A DNA stretch of 64,000 nucleotides from assembly GCA_964016885.1 (NCBI GenBank), contig OZ024747.1, positions 78,430,001 to 78,494,000 of the forward strand, read 5' to 3'. Under the pieces are notes generated by a model. The model saw only the letters and a list, made by a program, of their open reading frames with translations. It searched no databases and was not told the DNA's origin. This stretch comes from Eledone cirrhosa (taxonomy: Eukaryota). Both the position numbers and the translations under genes were made by a program. Within the stretch, counting starts at the first letter, position 1. The number at the start of each line of letters is the position of its first letter. Of this stretch, positions 40,977 to 55,020 are shown piece after piece.

Positions 40977-41267
40977 TGTTGTGTGTTTGTTATATTGAGA
41001 AGTAATGGCGATACATCCCGCTTAACGAGTCTGATATTTAATTTCACTGCTTTTGTGTTATAAAATATATTAGAAACTAGCGTAAATACCAGTCTCGTTA
41101 ATAAGATTTGTGTTAAATGAAGCTGGTCTCAAATAGAAGAGATGATATTTAACCAAATGCACGCTCACACACATGATACCCCCCCCCCCACTCTCTCTCT
41201 CTCTCTCGCTCACATACACACACTCACACAGGCACGCACTCACTCCCTCGCTCTCTCTCACAAACAC

Positions 41268-41313
<46 letters not shown>

Positions 41314-41329
41314 ACATCCATTATATATA

Positions 41330-41977
41330 GAGGTAGATTGGCAGTATCGGTAGAAAGTCGGACGCCATGCCTTGCAGCAAAGAGTTACGGCCCTTTATGA
41401 TCTGAGTTCAAATCCCGCCGGGGTTAATTTTGCCTTTCATCCTTATGGGGTCAATAAAATAAAGTACCAGTAATGCACTGGGGTTAATTGCCGGCCTTGT
41501 GCCCAAAGTGGAAACAATTATATATAGAGGTGTATATGCCTTCATATACACCTCTATATATAATTGTTTCTACTTTATGCACAACGCCAGCAATTTGAAG
41601 GGGAGGAGAATGTCGATTAAATCTACCCCGTACATTACTGGTGCTTTATTTTATCGACCCGGGGGGGGGGGATGAAAAGCAAAGCTAACCTCGGCAGAAT
41701 TTGAACTCAGAACGTATAGGACCGTCACTCTATGCTGCAAAGCAGGGTGTCCGAGGCTCTACCGATACTGCCAATTTGCCGTAATAATTGTTTCTACTTT
41801 TGGTACTACAAGGCCAGCAATTATGCCAGTGCATTACTGGTACTTTATTTTATCGACCCCGTAAGGATGAAAGGCAAAGTTAACCTCGGCGGGATTTGAA
41901 CTCAGAATGTAAAGAGCCGTAGCTCAATGCTGTAAAGCATGGCGTCCGACCCTCCACCGATACTGCTAACCCACCGT
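41330..41977. mobile_element. Cluster of three SINE family A copies (+, -, -)
   Basis: Copies at about 41330-41520(+), 41561-41781(-) and 41782-41977(-). The first has a probable target duplication TTATATATAGAGGT. Confidence 0.85.
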
Positions 41978-42758
41978 AATAATAAAAGAAAATCAACTTG
42001 TAGAAGAAGGCAGTTAGGCCAGTAGTTTATTAGATATAAGTTTGTAATCATTGAAATATCAAATCTTCTGTGACAGCTACTACCATCAGAAAAGAGGACA
42101 ATATGTTGGTTGTTTAGGGTAAGGGCTGGTATTGAAGGCTGATATACTCAGCTAAACTGTAATATCCGGTAATAATGTTCTACATTACATCTGAGTCTGT
42201 AAATCTCTTTCATTTCCTATTAGTGAATGTGTGTGGTTTTTAAAATGGCGTAGCTTTGATTTATCGTCTTCGGCGATTTTCATTTCTTCTTATTTGTTTG
42301 AAAGTTGCTGAAATGGCGTCTTGTTGGTATTCTATTTTGATGTCCTTCTCATCGAGGTGTTAAAGAAGTCTGTTATACACATACCAGTTGTGGTGTGTGT
42401 AGAATCAGGATTGGTAAAGGGTCGGATAATATGTCATTGTAGTATTTGTTCTGGCTCTTTACATTCTGAGTTCAAATCCCACCGAGGTGTCTCTCACTTT
42501 CTCTCTCTTTCTCTACACACACTTATACACACACATATATACACACACACATATATATCCTGATTGGTTTTTTTCCGTTGCTTTGGTATTATATGGCTAG
42601 GCTCGCCTGCTGCAGTTTTCAATTTGTCAAGCTATCTAACGTATGTTATTACTCTAAGGTGACACAACCTTATTGAGTGCTTTGCTGCACATTCCTAATT
42701 GTATATCGTTAGCTTGGCCACAGCCAAAACTTCGCTTTTACTAAACTTCCATTTGTTT

Positions 42759-42800
<42 letters not shown>

Positions 42801-43224
42801 GTGTGTGTGTGTGAAGCTGGGTCACCAAGAGTTTGTTTCTTGGTCTAATGCTTTCGCTACTTAGTTCTATAAATATTTATGAAGGGGAAGTATCTTTTTC
42901 TCTTAGCCTTGTCTTATCTGCGCGAATATTCAATTTTACTCTTTTTTCATCGTCATAGACTGAGAGGGAAGTACAATAGCCAGGACCCTTATTTAGGTTC
43001 TCCGACATCATGTGAGGAACTTACCTGGTCGAAGACCTGATCTAATTATCTGCAACAAGGTTGACACTTAAGGATCAGGTGACTTGTTAAAGTGGGTGAC
43101 AGATTAAGTCTACAGCATTGTCATACATGACTCAGATATAAGGTAGACAATAATATAAGAAGAAAACAATAAAGAGCCTGGGGTGGACAGGTTTTTTTCT
43201 ATGACATTCGTCAACTATTATAGT

Positions 43225-46200
43225 CTGATATGTCTTACCTTCCCTACATTGATACGTCTTACTTTCCCTACACAGATATGTCTTACCTTCCCTACATTGA
43301 TACGTCTTACTTTCCCTACACAGATATGTCTTACCTTCTCTACACTGATACGTCTTACCTTCCCTACAGTGATATGTCTTACCTTCCCTACACTGATACG
43401 TCTTACCTTCCCTACACTGATACGTCTTACCTTCCCTACACTGATACGTCTTACTTTCCCTACACTGATATGTCTTACCTTCCCTACACTGATATGTCTT
43501 ACCTTCCCTACACTGATATGTCTTACCTTCCCTACACTGATATGTCTTACCTTCCCTACACTGATACGTCTTACCTTCCCTACACTGATACGTCTTACCT
43601 TCCCTACACTGATATGTCTTACCTTCCCTACACTGATATGTCTTACCTTCCCTACACTGATATGTCTTACCTTCCCTACACTGATATGTCTTACCTTCCC
43701 TACACTGATACGTCTTACCTTCCCTACACTGATATGTCTTACCTTCCCTACACTGATATGTCTTACCTTCCCTACACTTGTCTTACCTTCTCTACACTGA
43801 TACGTCTTACCTTCCCTACACTGATACGTCTTACCTTCCCTACACTGATATGTCTTACCTTCCCTACACTGATATGTCTTACCTTCCCTATACTGATACG
43901 TCTTACCTTCCTACACTTATCTTACCTTCTCTACACTTGTCTTACCTTCCCTACACTGATATGTCTTACATTCTCTACACTGATATGTCTTACCTTCTCT
44001 ACACTGATACGTCTTACTTTCCCTACACTTATACGTCTTACCTTCCTACACTTGTCTTACCTTCTCTACACTGATACGTCTTACCTTCTCTACACTGATA
44101 TGTCTTACCTTCCCTACACTGATATGTCTTACCTTCCCTACACTGATATGTCTTACCTTCCCTACACTTGTATTACCTTCCCTACACTGATATGTCTTAC
44201 CTTCCTAACACTGATATGTCTTACCTTCCCTACACTTGTCTTACCTTCCCTACACTGATATGTCTTACCTTCCCTACACTGATACGTCTTACCTTCCCTA
44301 CACTGATATGTCTTACCTTCCCTACACTTGTCTTACCTTCTCTACACTGATACGTCTTACCTTCCCTACACTGATACGTCTTACCTTCCCTACACTGATA
44401 TGTCTTACCTTCCCTACACTGATATGTCTTACCTTCCCTACACTGATATGTCTTACCTTCCCTACACTGATACGTCTTACCTTCCCTACACTGATACGTC
44501 TTACCTTCCCTACACTGATATGTCTTACCTTCCCTACACTGATATGTCTTACCTTCCCTACACTGATATGTCTTACCTTCCCTAACACTGATATGTCTTA
44601 CCTTCCCTACACTGATATGTCTTACCTTCCCTACACTGATACGTCTTACCTTCCCTACACTGATACGTCTTACCTTCCCTACACTGATATGTCTTACCTT
44701 CCCTACACTGATATGTCTTACCTTCCCTACACTTGTCTTACCTTCTCTACACTGATACGTCTTACCTTCCCTACACTGATACGTCTTACCTTCCCTACAC
44801 TGATATGTCTTACCTTCCCTATACTGATACGTCTTACCTTCCTACACTTGTCTTACCTTCTCTACACTTGTCTTACCTTCCCTACACTGATATGTCTTAC
44901 ATTCTCTACACTGATATGTCTTACCTTCTCTACACTGATACGTCTTACTTTCCCTACACTGATACGTCTTACCTTCCTACACTTGTCTTACCTTCTCTAC
45001 ACTGATACGTCTTACCTTCTCTACACTGATATGTCTTACCTTCCCTACACTGATATGTCTTACCTTCCCTACACTGATATGTCTTACCTTCCCTACACTT
45101 GTATTACCTTCCCTACACTGATATGTCTTACCTTCCTAACACTGATATGTCTTACCTTCCCTACACTTGTCTTACCTTCCCTACACTTGTCTTACCTTCC
45201 CTACACTGATATGTCTTACCTTCCCTACACTGATACGTCTTACCTTCCCTACACTGATATGTCTTACCTTCCCTACACTTGTCTTACCTTCCCTACACTG
45301 ATACGTCTTACCTTCCCTACACTGATATGTCTTACCTTCCCTACACTGATACGTCTTACCTTCCCTACACTTGTCTTACCTTCCCTACACTGATATGTCT
45401 TACCTTCCCTACACTGATACGTCTTACCTTCCCTACACTGATACGTCTTACTTTCCCTACACTGATATGTCTTACCTTCTCTACACTGATACGTCTTACC
45501 TTCCCTACACTGATATGTCTTACCTTCTCTACACTTGTCTTACCTTCTCTACACTGATACGTCTTACTTTCCCTACACTGATACGTCTTACCTTCCCTAC
45601 ACTGATATGTCTTACCTTCCCTACACTGATATGTCTTACCTTCCCTACACTTGTCTTACCTTCCCTACACTGATATGTCTTACCTTCCCTACACTTGTCT
45701 TACCTTCCCTACACTGATATGTCTTACCTTCCCTACACTGATATGTCTTACCTTCCCTACACTGATATGTCTTACCTTCCCTACACTTGTCTTACCTTCC
45801 CTACACTGATATGTCTTACCTTTCCTACACTTGTCTTACCTTCTCTACACTGATACGTCTTACCTTCCCTACACTGATACGTCTTACCTTCCCTACACTG
45901 ATATGTCTTACCTTCCCTACACTGATATGTCTTACCTTCCCTACACTGATATGTCTTACCTTCCCTACACTGATACGTCTTACCTTCCCTACACTGATAC
46001 GTCTTACCTTCCCTACACTGATATGTTTTACTTTCCCTACACTGATATGTCTTACCTTCCCTACACTGATATGTCTTACCTTCCCTACACTGATATGTCT
46101 TACCTTCCCTACACTGATATGTCTTACCTTCCCTACACTGATACGTCTTACCTTCCCTACACTGATACGTCTTACCTTCACTACACTGATATGTCTTACC

Positions 46201-49200
46201 TTCCCTACACTGATACGTCTTACATTCTCTACACTGATATGTCTTACCTTCTCTACACTGATACGTCTTACTTTCCCTACTCTGATACGTCTTACCTTCC
46301 TACACTTGTCTTACCTTCTCTACACTGATACGTCTTACCTTCTCTACACTGATATGTCTTACCTTCCCTACACTGATATGTCTTACCTTCCCTACACTGA
46401 TATGTCTTACCTTCCCTACACTTGTATTACCTTCCCTACACTGATATGTCTTACCTTCCTAACACTGATATGTCTTACCTTCCCTACACTTGTCTTACCT
46501 TCCCTACACTTGTCTTACCTTCCCTACACTGATATGTCTTACCTTCCCTACACTGATACGTCTTACCTTCCCTACACTGATATGTCTTACCTTCCCTACA
46601 CTTGTCTTACCTTCCCTACACTGATACGTCTTACCTTCCCTACACTGATATGTCTTACCTTCCCTACACTGATACGTCTTACCTTCCCTACACTTGTCTT
46701 ACCTTCCCTACACTGATATGTCTTACCTTCCCTACACTGATACGTCTTACCTTCCCTACACTGATACGTCTTACTTTCCCTACACTGATATGTCTTACCT
46801 TCTCTACACTGATACGTCTTACCTTCCCTACACTGATATGTCTTACCTTCTCTACACTTGTCTTACCTTCTCTACACTGATACGTCTTACTTTCCCTACA
46901 CTGATACGTCTTACCTTCCCTACACTGATATGTCTTACCTTCCCTACACTGATATGTCTTACCTTCCCTACACTTGTCTTACCTTCCCTACACTGATATG
47001 TCTTACCTTCCCTACACTTGTCTTACCTTCCCTACACTGATATGTCTTACCTTCCCTACACTGATATGTCTTACCTTCCCTACACTGATATGTCTTACCT
47101 TCCCTACACTTGTCTTACCTTCCCTACACTGATATGTCTTACCTTTCCTACACTTGTCTTACCTTCTCTACACTGATACGTCTTACCTTCCCTACACTGA
47201 TACGTCTTACCTTCCCTACACTGATATGTCTTACCTTCCCTACACTGATATGTCTTACCTTCCCTACACTGATATGTCTTACCTTCCCTACACTGATACG
47301 TCTTACCTTCCCTACACTGATACGTCTTACCTTCCCTACACTGATATGTTTTACTTTCCCTACACTGATATGTCTTACCTTCCCTACACTGATATGTCTT
47401 ACCTTCCCTACACTGATATGTCTTACCTTCCCTACACTGATATGTCTTACCTTCCCTACACTGATACGTCTTACCTTCCCTACACTGATACGTCTTACCT
47501 TCACTACACTGATATGTCTTACCTTCCCTACACTGATACGTCTTACATTCTCTACACTGATATGTCTTACCTTCTCTACACTGATACGTCTTACTTTCCC
47601 TACTCTGATACGTCTTACCTTCCTACACTTGTCTTACCTTCCCTACACTGATATGTCTTACATTCTCTACACTGATATGTCTTACCTTCTCTACACTGAT
47701 ACGTCTTACTTTCCCTACACTGATACGTCTTACCTTCCTACACTTGTCTTACCTTCTCTACACTGATACGTCTTACCTTCTCTACACTGATATGTCTTAC
47801 CTTCCCTACACTGATATGTCTTACCCTCCCTACACTGATATGTCTTACCTTCCCTACACTGATACGTCTTACCTTCCCTACACTGATACGTCTTACCTTC
47901 CCTACACTGATATGTCTTACCTTCCCTACACTTGTCTTACCTTCCCTACACTGATACGTCTTACCTTCCCTACACTGATATGTCTTACCTTCCTTACACT
48001 GATACGTCTTACCTTCCCTACACTTGTTTTACCTTCCCTACACTGATATGTCTTACCTTCCCTACACTTGTCTTACCTTCCCTACACTGATATGTCTTAC
48101 CTTCCCTACACTGATACGTCTTACCTTCCCTACACTGATACGTCTTACCTTCCCTACACTGATATGTCTTACCTTCCCTACACTTGTCTTACCTTCCCTA
48201 CACTGATACGTCTTACCTTCCCTACACTGATATGTCTTACCTTCCCTACACTGATACGTCTTACCTTCCCTACACTTGTCTTACCTTCCCTACACTGATA
48301 TGTCTTACCTTCCTTACACTGATGCGTCTTACCTTCCCTACACTTGTCTTATCTTCCCTACACTGATATGTCTTACCTTCCCTACACTTGTCTTACCTTC
48401 CCTACACTGATATGTCTTACCTTCCCTACACTGATATGTCTTACCTTCCCTACACTTGTCTTACCTTCTCTACACTGATATGTCTTACCTTCCCTACACT
48501 TATACGTCTTACTTTCCCTACACTGATACGTCTTACCTTCCCTACACTGATACTTCTTACCTTCCCTACACTGATATGTCTTACCTTCCCTACACTGATA
48601 TGTCTTACCTTCCCTACACTGATATGTCTTACCTTCCCTACACTGATATGTCTTACCTTCCCTACACTTGTCTTACCTTCTCTACACTGATATGTCTTAC
48701 CTTCCCTACACTGATATGTCTTACCTTCCCTACACTGATACGTCTTACCTTTCCTACACTGATATGTCTTACCTTCCCTACACTGATACGTCTTACCTTC
48801 CCTACACTGATATGTCTTACCTTCCCTACACTGATACGTCTTACCTTCCCTACACTGATATGTCTTACCTTCCCTACACTGATATGTCTTACCTTCTCTA
48901 CACTGATATGTCTTACCTTCCCTACACTGATACGTCTTACCTTCCCTACACTGATATGTCTTACCTTCCCTACACTGATATGTTTTACCTTCCCTACACT
49001 GATATGTCTTACCTTCCCTACACTTGTCTTACCTTCTCTACACTGATATGTCTTACCTTCCCTACACTGATATGTCTTACCTTCCCTACACTTGTCTTAC
49101 ATTCTCTACACTGATATGTCTTACCTTCCCTACACTTATACGTCTTACTTTCCCTACACTGATACGTCTTACCTTCCCTACACTGATACGTCTTACCTTC

Positions 49201-50089
49201 CCTACACTGATATGTCTTACCTTCCCTACACTGATATGTCTTACCTTCCCTACACTGATATGTCTTACCTTCCCTACACTGATATGTCTTACCTTCCCTA
49301 CACTTGTCTTACCTTCTCTACACTGATATGTCTTACCTTCCCTACACTGATTTGTCTTACCTTCCCTACACTGATACGTCTTACCTTCCCTACACTGATA
49401 TGTCTTACATTCCCTACACTTGTCTTACCTTCCCTACACTGATATGTCTTACCTTCCCTACACTGATACGTCTTACCTTCCCTACACTGATATGTCTTAC
49501 CTTCCCTACACTTGTCTTACCTTCCCTACACTGATATGTCTTACCTTCTCTACACTGATACGTCTTACCTTCCCTACACTGATACGTCTTACCTTCCCTA
49601 CACTGATATGTCTTACCTTCCCTACACTTGTCTTACCTTCCCTACACTGATATGTCTTACCTTCTCTAAACTGATATGTCTTACTTTCCCTACCCTGATT
49701 CGTCTTACCTTCCCTACACTGATATGTCTTACCTTCCCTACACTTGTCTTATCTTCCCTACACTGATATGTCTTACCTTCTCTACACTGATATGTCTTAC
49801 CTTCTCTACACTGATATGTATTACCTTCCCTACACTTGTCTTACCTTCTCTACACTGATACGTCTTACCTTCCCTACACTGATATGTCTTACCTTCCCTA
49901 CACTGATATGTCTTACCTTTCCTACACTGATATGTCATACCTTCCCTACACTTGTCTTACCTTCCCTACACTTGTCTTACCTTCCCTACACTGATATGTC
50001 TTACCTTCTCTACACTGATACGTCTTACCTTCCCTACACTGATATGTCTTACCTTCACTACACTTGTCTTACCTTCCCTATACGTCTTA
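43225..50089. repeat. 6.9-kb minisatellite, 24-bp unit CTGATAYGTCTTACCTTCCCTACA with 20-bp variants
   Basis: Directly visible; roughly 290 units. A higher-order duplication has offset 1323 (identical ORFs at 45279/46602 and 45825/47148). Confidence 0.97.
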
Positions 50090-50250
50090 GGAAGGAAGGT
50101 TGGCTGGTAAGAGAAGCAGAGGTCGACAGCCAAAACGATGGCTTCATAATGTCAACTTATGGGCTGGACTTCATCTTTGCTCTTTAAACTCTGCTGTTGG
50201 TGATATATATCTCATGCTGATGCGCAGTCTGCAAATGGCGGAGTTTAACG
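50090..50250 (+). pseudogene. RTE-like LINE extreme 3' remnant
   Basis: Translates as GKRSRGRQPKRWLHNV, similar to the RTE-clade C-terminal GxRxRGRPxxRWxDxI motif. Confidence 0.5.
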
Positions 50251-50533
50251 AAAGAGAATGCTGGATCTACGTCGGTTCCGACGAAGAGTATTCCAGTTGT
50301 ACGAGCAACGGAATAAATTACTGGTGAAATCAACGTGAACGTGGCTGAACATTCCACAGACACGTGTACCAATAACGTAATTCTCAGGGAGATTCAGCGT
50401 GATACAGTGAACGATAAGGTTGGTCTATTGAATAACAAGTACAGTTCATACGACGGCTTTCCAAACAGTTTTCTGTCTACCCACCCGCAAGGCATGGGTC
50501 GAAACGAGGCTATGGTAAATGACACTTGCTCAA

Positions 50534-51695
50534 GCTAGGCTGGTTATATACACACATACATCTATGTTATATCACACTTGGTTGAATATATACACACATA
50601 CATCTATGTTATACCATGCTAGGCTGGTTATATACACATATATATCCATGTTATACCCTGCTAGACTGGTTATATACACATATATATCCATGTTATACCG
50701 TGCTAGGCTGGTTATATACACATATATATCCATGTTATACCCTGCTAGACTGGTTATATACACATATATATCCATGTTATACCCTGCTAGGCTGGTTATA
50801 TACACATATATATCCATGTTATACCCTGCTAGACTGGTTATATACACATATATATCCATGTTATACCCTGCTAGGCTGGTTATATACACATATATATCCA
50901 TGTTATACCCTGCTAGACTGGTTATATACACATATATATCCATGTTATACCCTGCTAGACTGGTTATATACACATATATATCCATGTTATACCATGCTAG
51001 GCTGGTTATATACACATATATATCCATGTTATACCCTGCTAGACTGGTTATATACACATATATATCCATGTTATACCCTGCTAGACTGGTTATATACACA
51101 TATATATCCATGTTATACCATGCTAGGCTGGTTATATACACATATATATCCATGTTATACCATGCTAGGCTGGTTATATACACATATATATCCATGTTAT
51201 ACCCTGCTAGGCTGGTTATATACACATATATATCCATGTTATACCATGCTAGGCTGGTTATATTCACATATATATCCATGTTATACCCTGCTAGACTGGT
51301 TATATACACATATATATCCATGTTATACCATGTTAGACTGGTTATATACACATATATATCCATGTTATACCATGCTAGGCTGGTTATATACACATATATA
51401 TCCATGTTATACCCTGCTAGACTGGTTATATACACATATATATCCATGTTATACCATGTTAGGCTGGTTATATACACATATATATCCATGTTATACCATG
51501 CTAGGCTGGTTATATACACATATATATCCATGTTATACCATGCTAGGCTGGTTATATACACACATACATACATGTTATACCATGCTAGGCTGGTTATATA
51601 CACACATACATACATGTTATACCATGCTAGGCTGGTTATATACACACATACATACATGTTATACCATGCTAGGCTGGTTATATACACACATACAT
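50534..51695. repeat. 42-bp minisatellite GCTAGRCTGGTTATATACACATATATATCCATGTTATACCMT
   Basis: About 27 tandem units, giving the 14-aa periodic ORFs. Confidence 0.97.
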
Positions 51696-52450
51696 TCAGA
51701 TTATTTTTCTAAAGTCCACCACTGAAGTTTTATTAAAATACGAGAAAAATCAACAACTTTCAATGAATTGTTATCAGATAAAGACTGAGTATTCACGGTC
51801 AATAAGAAATATGTCAATCCTATTGGGGAGTCGCTGCTGTAGATAAGGACGTATGTAGGATATGACGGGGAGAATATTTATACGTTACTTTTGTGTTTTA
51901 GCTTAGCCTGTATTTTGTTTTTAAAGAAAATAAATGATAGAAAAGAAATTATCTGAGAGATTAACTCTAAAAATTGAAATATTTAAGCTGTTTCTAATGC
52001 TTTCAAAGATATTCTATCTTTTATCAGAGTATTTTTGTATGACTATTTAATACAGTACTTATAAATATCTGAGGTTGAATCAACGGCGTTGGGTGACAGC
52101 AATGCTGAGACAGACTCACTCCTCATACGGGCATGCCCGGGAGTGGGGCACTGGGCTGGGTTAAAAAATCGGCTAAAAAAAATGTTGCTACTAAACTGAA
52201 ATCATAACCGCGGCACAAAGCTTGAAACCAAAATGGAAGCCGTCTTAGCTGAACAGAGCAGCAGTTAGAGTCTGTTAGTCAGTACCACACCTGGACTTAC
52301 GACCTAGTCCGCTTCTGCAGGAACTATATCACTGCTGGACTAAAGTGTATTGCGGTATTTAGTTATATTGCTTGGTGTTCTGTAAGTGTCTTTGTTCAAA
52401 TCCGGCCGTGGTCGACTTTGCCTTTGATCCTCGATAAAATAAGTACTAGC

Positions 52451-52758
52451 AAAACACTCGGGGTAGGCAGTGAAAACACTCGGGGTAGGCAGTGAAAACA
52501 CTCGGGGTTGGCAGTGAAAACACTCGGGGTAGGCAGTGAAAACACTCGGGGTAGGCAGTGAAAACACTCGGGGTAGGCAGTGAAAACACTCGGGGTAGGC
52601 AGTGAAAACACTCGGGGTAGGCAGTGAAAACACTCGGGGTTGGCAGTGAAAACACTCGGGGTAGGCAGTGAAAACACTCGGGGTAGGCAGTGAAAACACT
52701 CGGGGTAGGCAGTGAAAACACTCGGGGTAGGCAGTGAAAACACTCGGGGTAGGCAGTG
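52451..52758. repeat. 22-bp minisatellite AAAACACTCGGGGTAGGCAGTG
   Basis: About 14 tandem units. Confidence 0.97.
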
Positions 52759-53649
52759 AGCTGGCAGAGTTGTTAGAACGTCGGATAAAGTGTTTTACTG
52801 TATTCGTGCCGCCTCACTGCGCTCTGAGTTCAAAACCTGCCAAGGTCAATATGGCTTTTTATCTTTTCGAGGTCGGACGTCCAGTACTAGCACCAATTTT
52901 TCTTTTACTTTTATCCCTCCCCCCTATCTCTCTGGAAGAAATCAACTGTATCCAGAGCCGGAGTGGGGATGGACTCCACCGGGTTTAAAAAGCTCAAGAC
53001 ACTGTATGTCAGTATGACACCCATATCACTCTACATACAATACACGCGGTTATCCACTGTATCCTTCCTCACAATTTATGGCGGTGTTCCAATATCAGGA
53101 ATTATTATTAATATTATTACTAGGACAGTGGAAGTAGATGTAATAACGGCTATATCATGTGTGGAAACTCTGTCAAATATCAGCAGCTAAGCTAAATAAC
53201 ATCAATAACAAAAACAGTGGCGCCATCTACTTGGAAGATCTAGATTGAATATTGATTCCCCAGAAGAGATTGTTGAAAAGAAGTAAAGAAAAAACAGTAA
53301 TTTAACCCTTTTATTACCGTATTTCTAATAAAATATATTGCATATGTGCTTCAACTAACTTTGAAAATAATAAAAAAGAGATAGAAGGAATTCAATAAAA
53401 GAGCCAACTTTCTTATTATTATTAAGTTGATGTTTGGAACATTAGTTAACAGAAAGTTCTTACATATGTTGGAATGTTTTATTATTAGTATAAACACTTG
53501 ATATCAAAAGTGTTAATTACAGAACATAAGAATAAGTTGTATGAACTGAAGTCATCGTGTTTGGCTCTTCATATAAAATATATATTATACAACGTTTTAC
53601 TGAAGTTTGACCCAAAGCTTCTACTGTTATGCCTTCCAATTTTTAATTA

Positions 53650-54285
53650 AAAGCACAAGACCAGTAATTTTCTGGGACTGTGATACGTCGATCCAAATGC
53701 TTGACTAGTAGTTTATTTTATCGATCCAGGAAGGATTCAAAGCAAAATTTGACTTCGATGAACGAACCCAGAACAAATACATTTTTTCCGACGCTTTATC
53801 GATCTCCAAATCCCCAGTCCTAATCTTTTCAAGTCATAATGATTTCTAATTTAGGTATAAGGCGAGGAATTTAGGGGACAGAGGAAAGTTAATTAAATCA
53901 ACCCCAATATTTGATGGTGCTTTATTATAGCAACCTTGAAAGGATGAAACGCAAAATTGACTTCGGCGGGATTTGAACTTAAAACGTGAAGAACCAGATT
54001 AAATGCCACAAAGTATTTTATCTGACGCTCCAGCGGTTCTTCTAATTCACTATCCTTAATCTTTTCCAGTCATAAGGATTTTTAATTTAGGCAAAAGGTC
54101 GACATATTTTGGGAGAGGGGTATATCAATTAAATCGATTTCAGTACTTGACTGGTACTTTATTTTATCGACCTCAGAAGGATGAAAGGTAAAGTTGACAT
54201 CGGTGAGATTTGAACTCAGAACTAAAGAACTGCAATAAATATTGCTAAACATTTGTCCAATGCTCGAATGACTCTGCCAACCCAT
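53650..54285 (-). mobile_element. Three older tandem SINE family A-like copies
   Basis: Three repeats about 200-210 bp apart of ttgactggtactttattttatcgac...aggatgaaag.caaa.ttgac.tcgg...gatttgaact, linked by ccttaatctttt(c)cagtcataa.gattt.taatttagg. Confidence 0.7.
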
Positions 54286-54406
54286 CTCCCTCATCGCTTC
54301 CACTTATAATAAACACATTTCAGTTGCAATAAACACAACTAATGTTTACATGAAACAGAAATGACTTCATTTTTCTTAAAGCATCGCACAGCAAGATTGA
54401 CAGCTC

Positions 54407-54540
<134 letters not shown>

Positions 54541-55020
54541 TATGCGTGTATGGTGTAAACTGATAAAAGTATTATTTATACAAACCAACATAAGAGAGTT
54601 AGATATGAAACGACTATATTTCCTTCTTGACAGTTAGACTTCACCGGACAATTAGTCATACCTACATCAATGGAAATAGGAAATTAGAATTGCGGCATCC
54701 ATACCTTTCTCTGAAGGATATTAAGTGTATAGTTGAAAGGGACAAAACCGGAAGTTTACATAGACGAGACGAGTTTTCCGTTACTAACATGGACATGTTT
54801 ATATCTCAATTAACTTACAGACAAATATATATCTTTATGTTTATATACAGGTTTCTCAATACTTTAAAGTAGACCTAAAATAAAGATTTCTAATATAGAC
54901 ACCTGGCCAGCAATTTGGGGGAGGGGAATGTCGGTTGAATGAAACTGGTACTTTGTTTTATCGACCCCAGAAGGATGAAAGGCAAAGTTGACTTTAGTGG
55001 GACTTGCTTTGAGACTGGAT

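Noticed and set aside
43183-51725. Long periodic ORFs (SYLPYTDM, LTFPTLIC, ARLVIYTYISMLY)
   Set aside because: They are translations of 24-bp and 42-bp minisatellites, open in several frames and broken by 20-bp variants.
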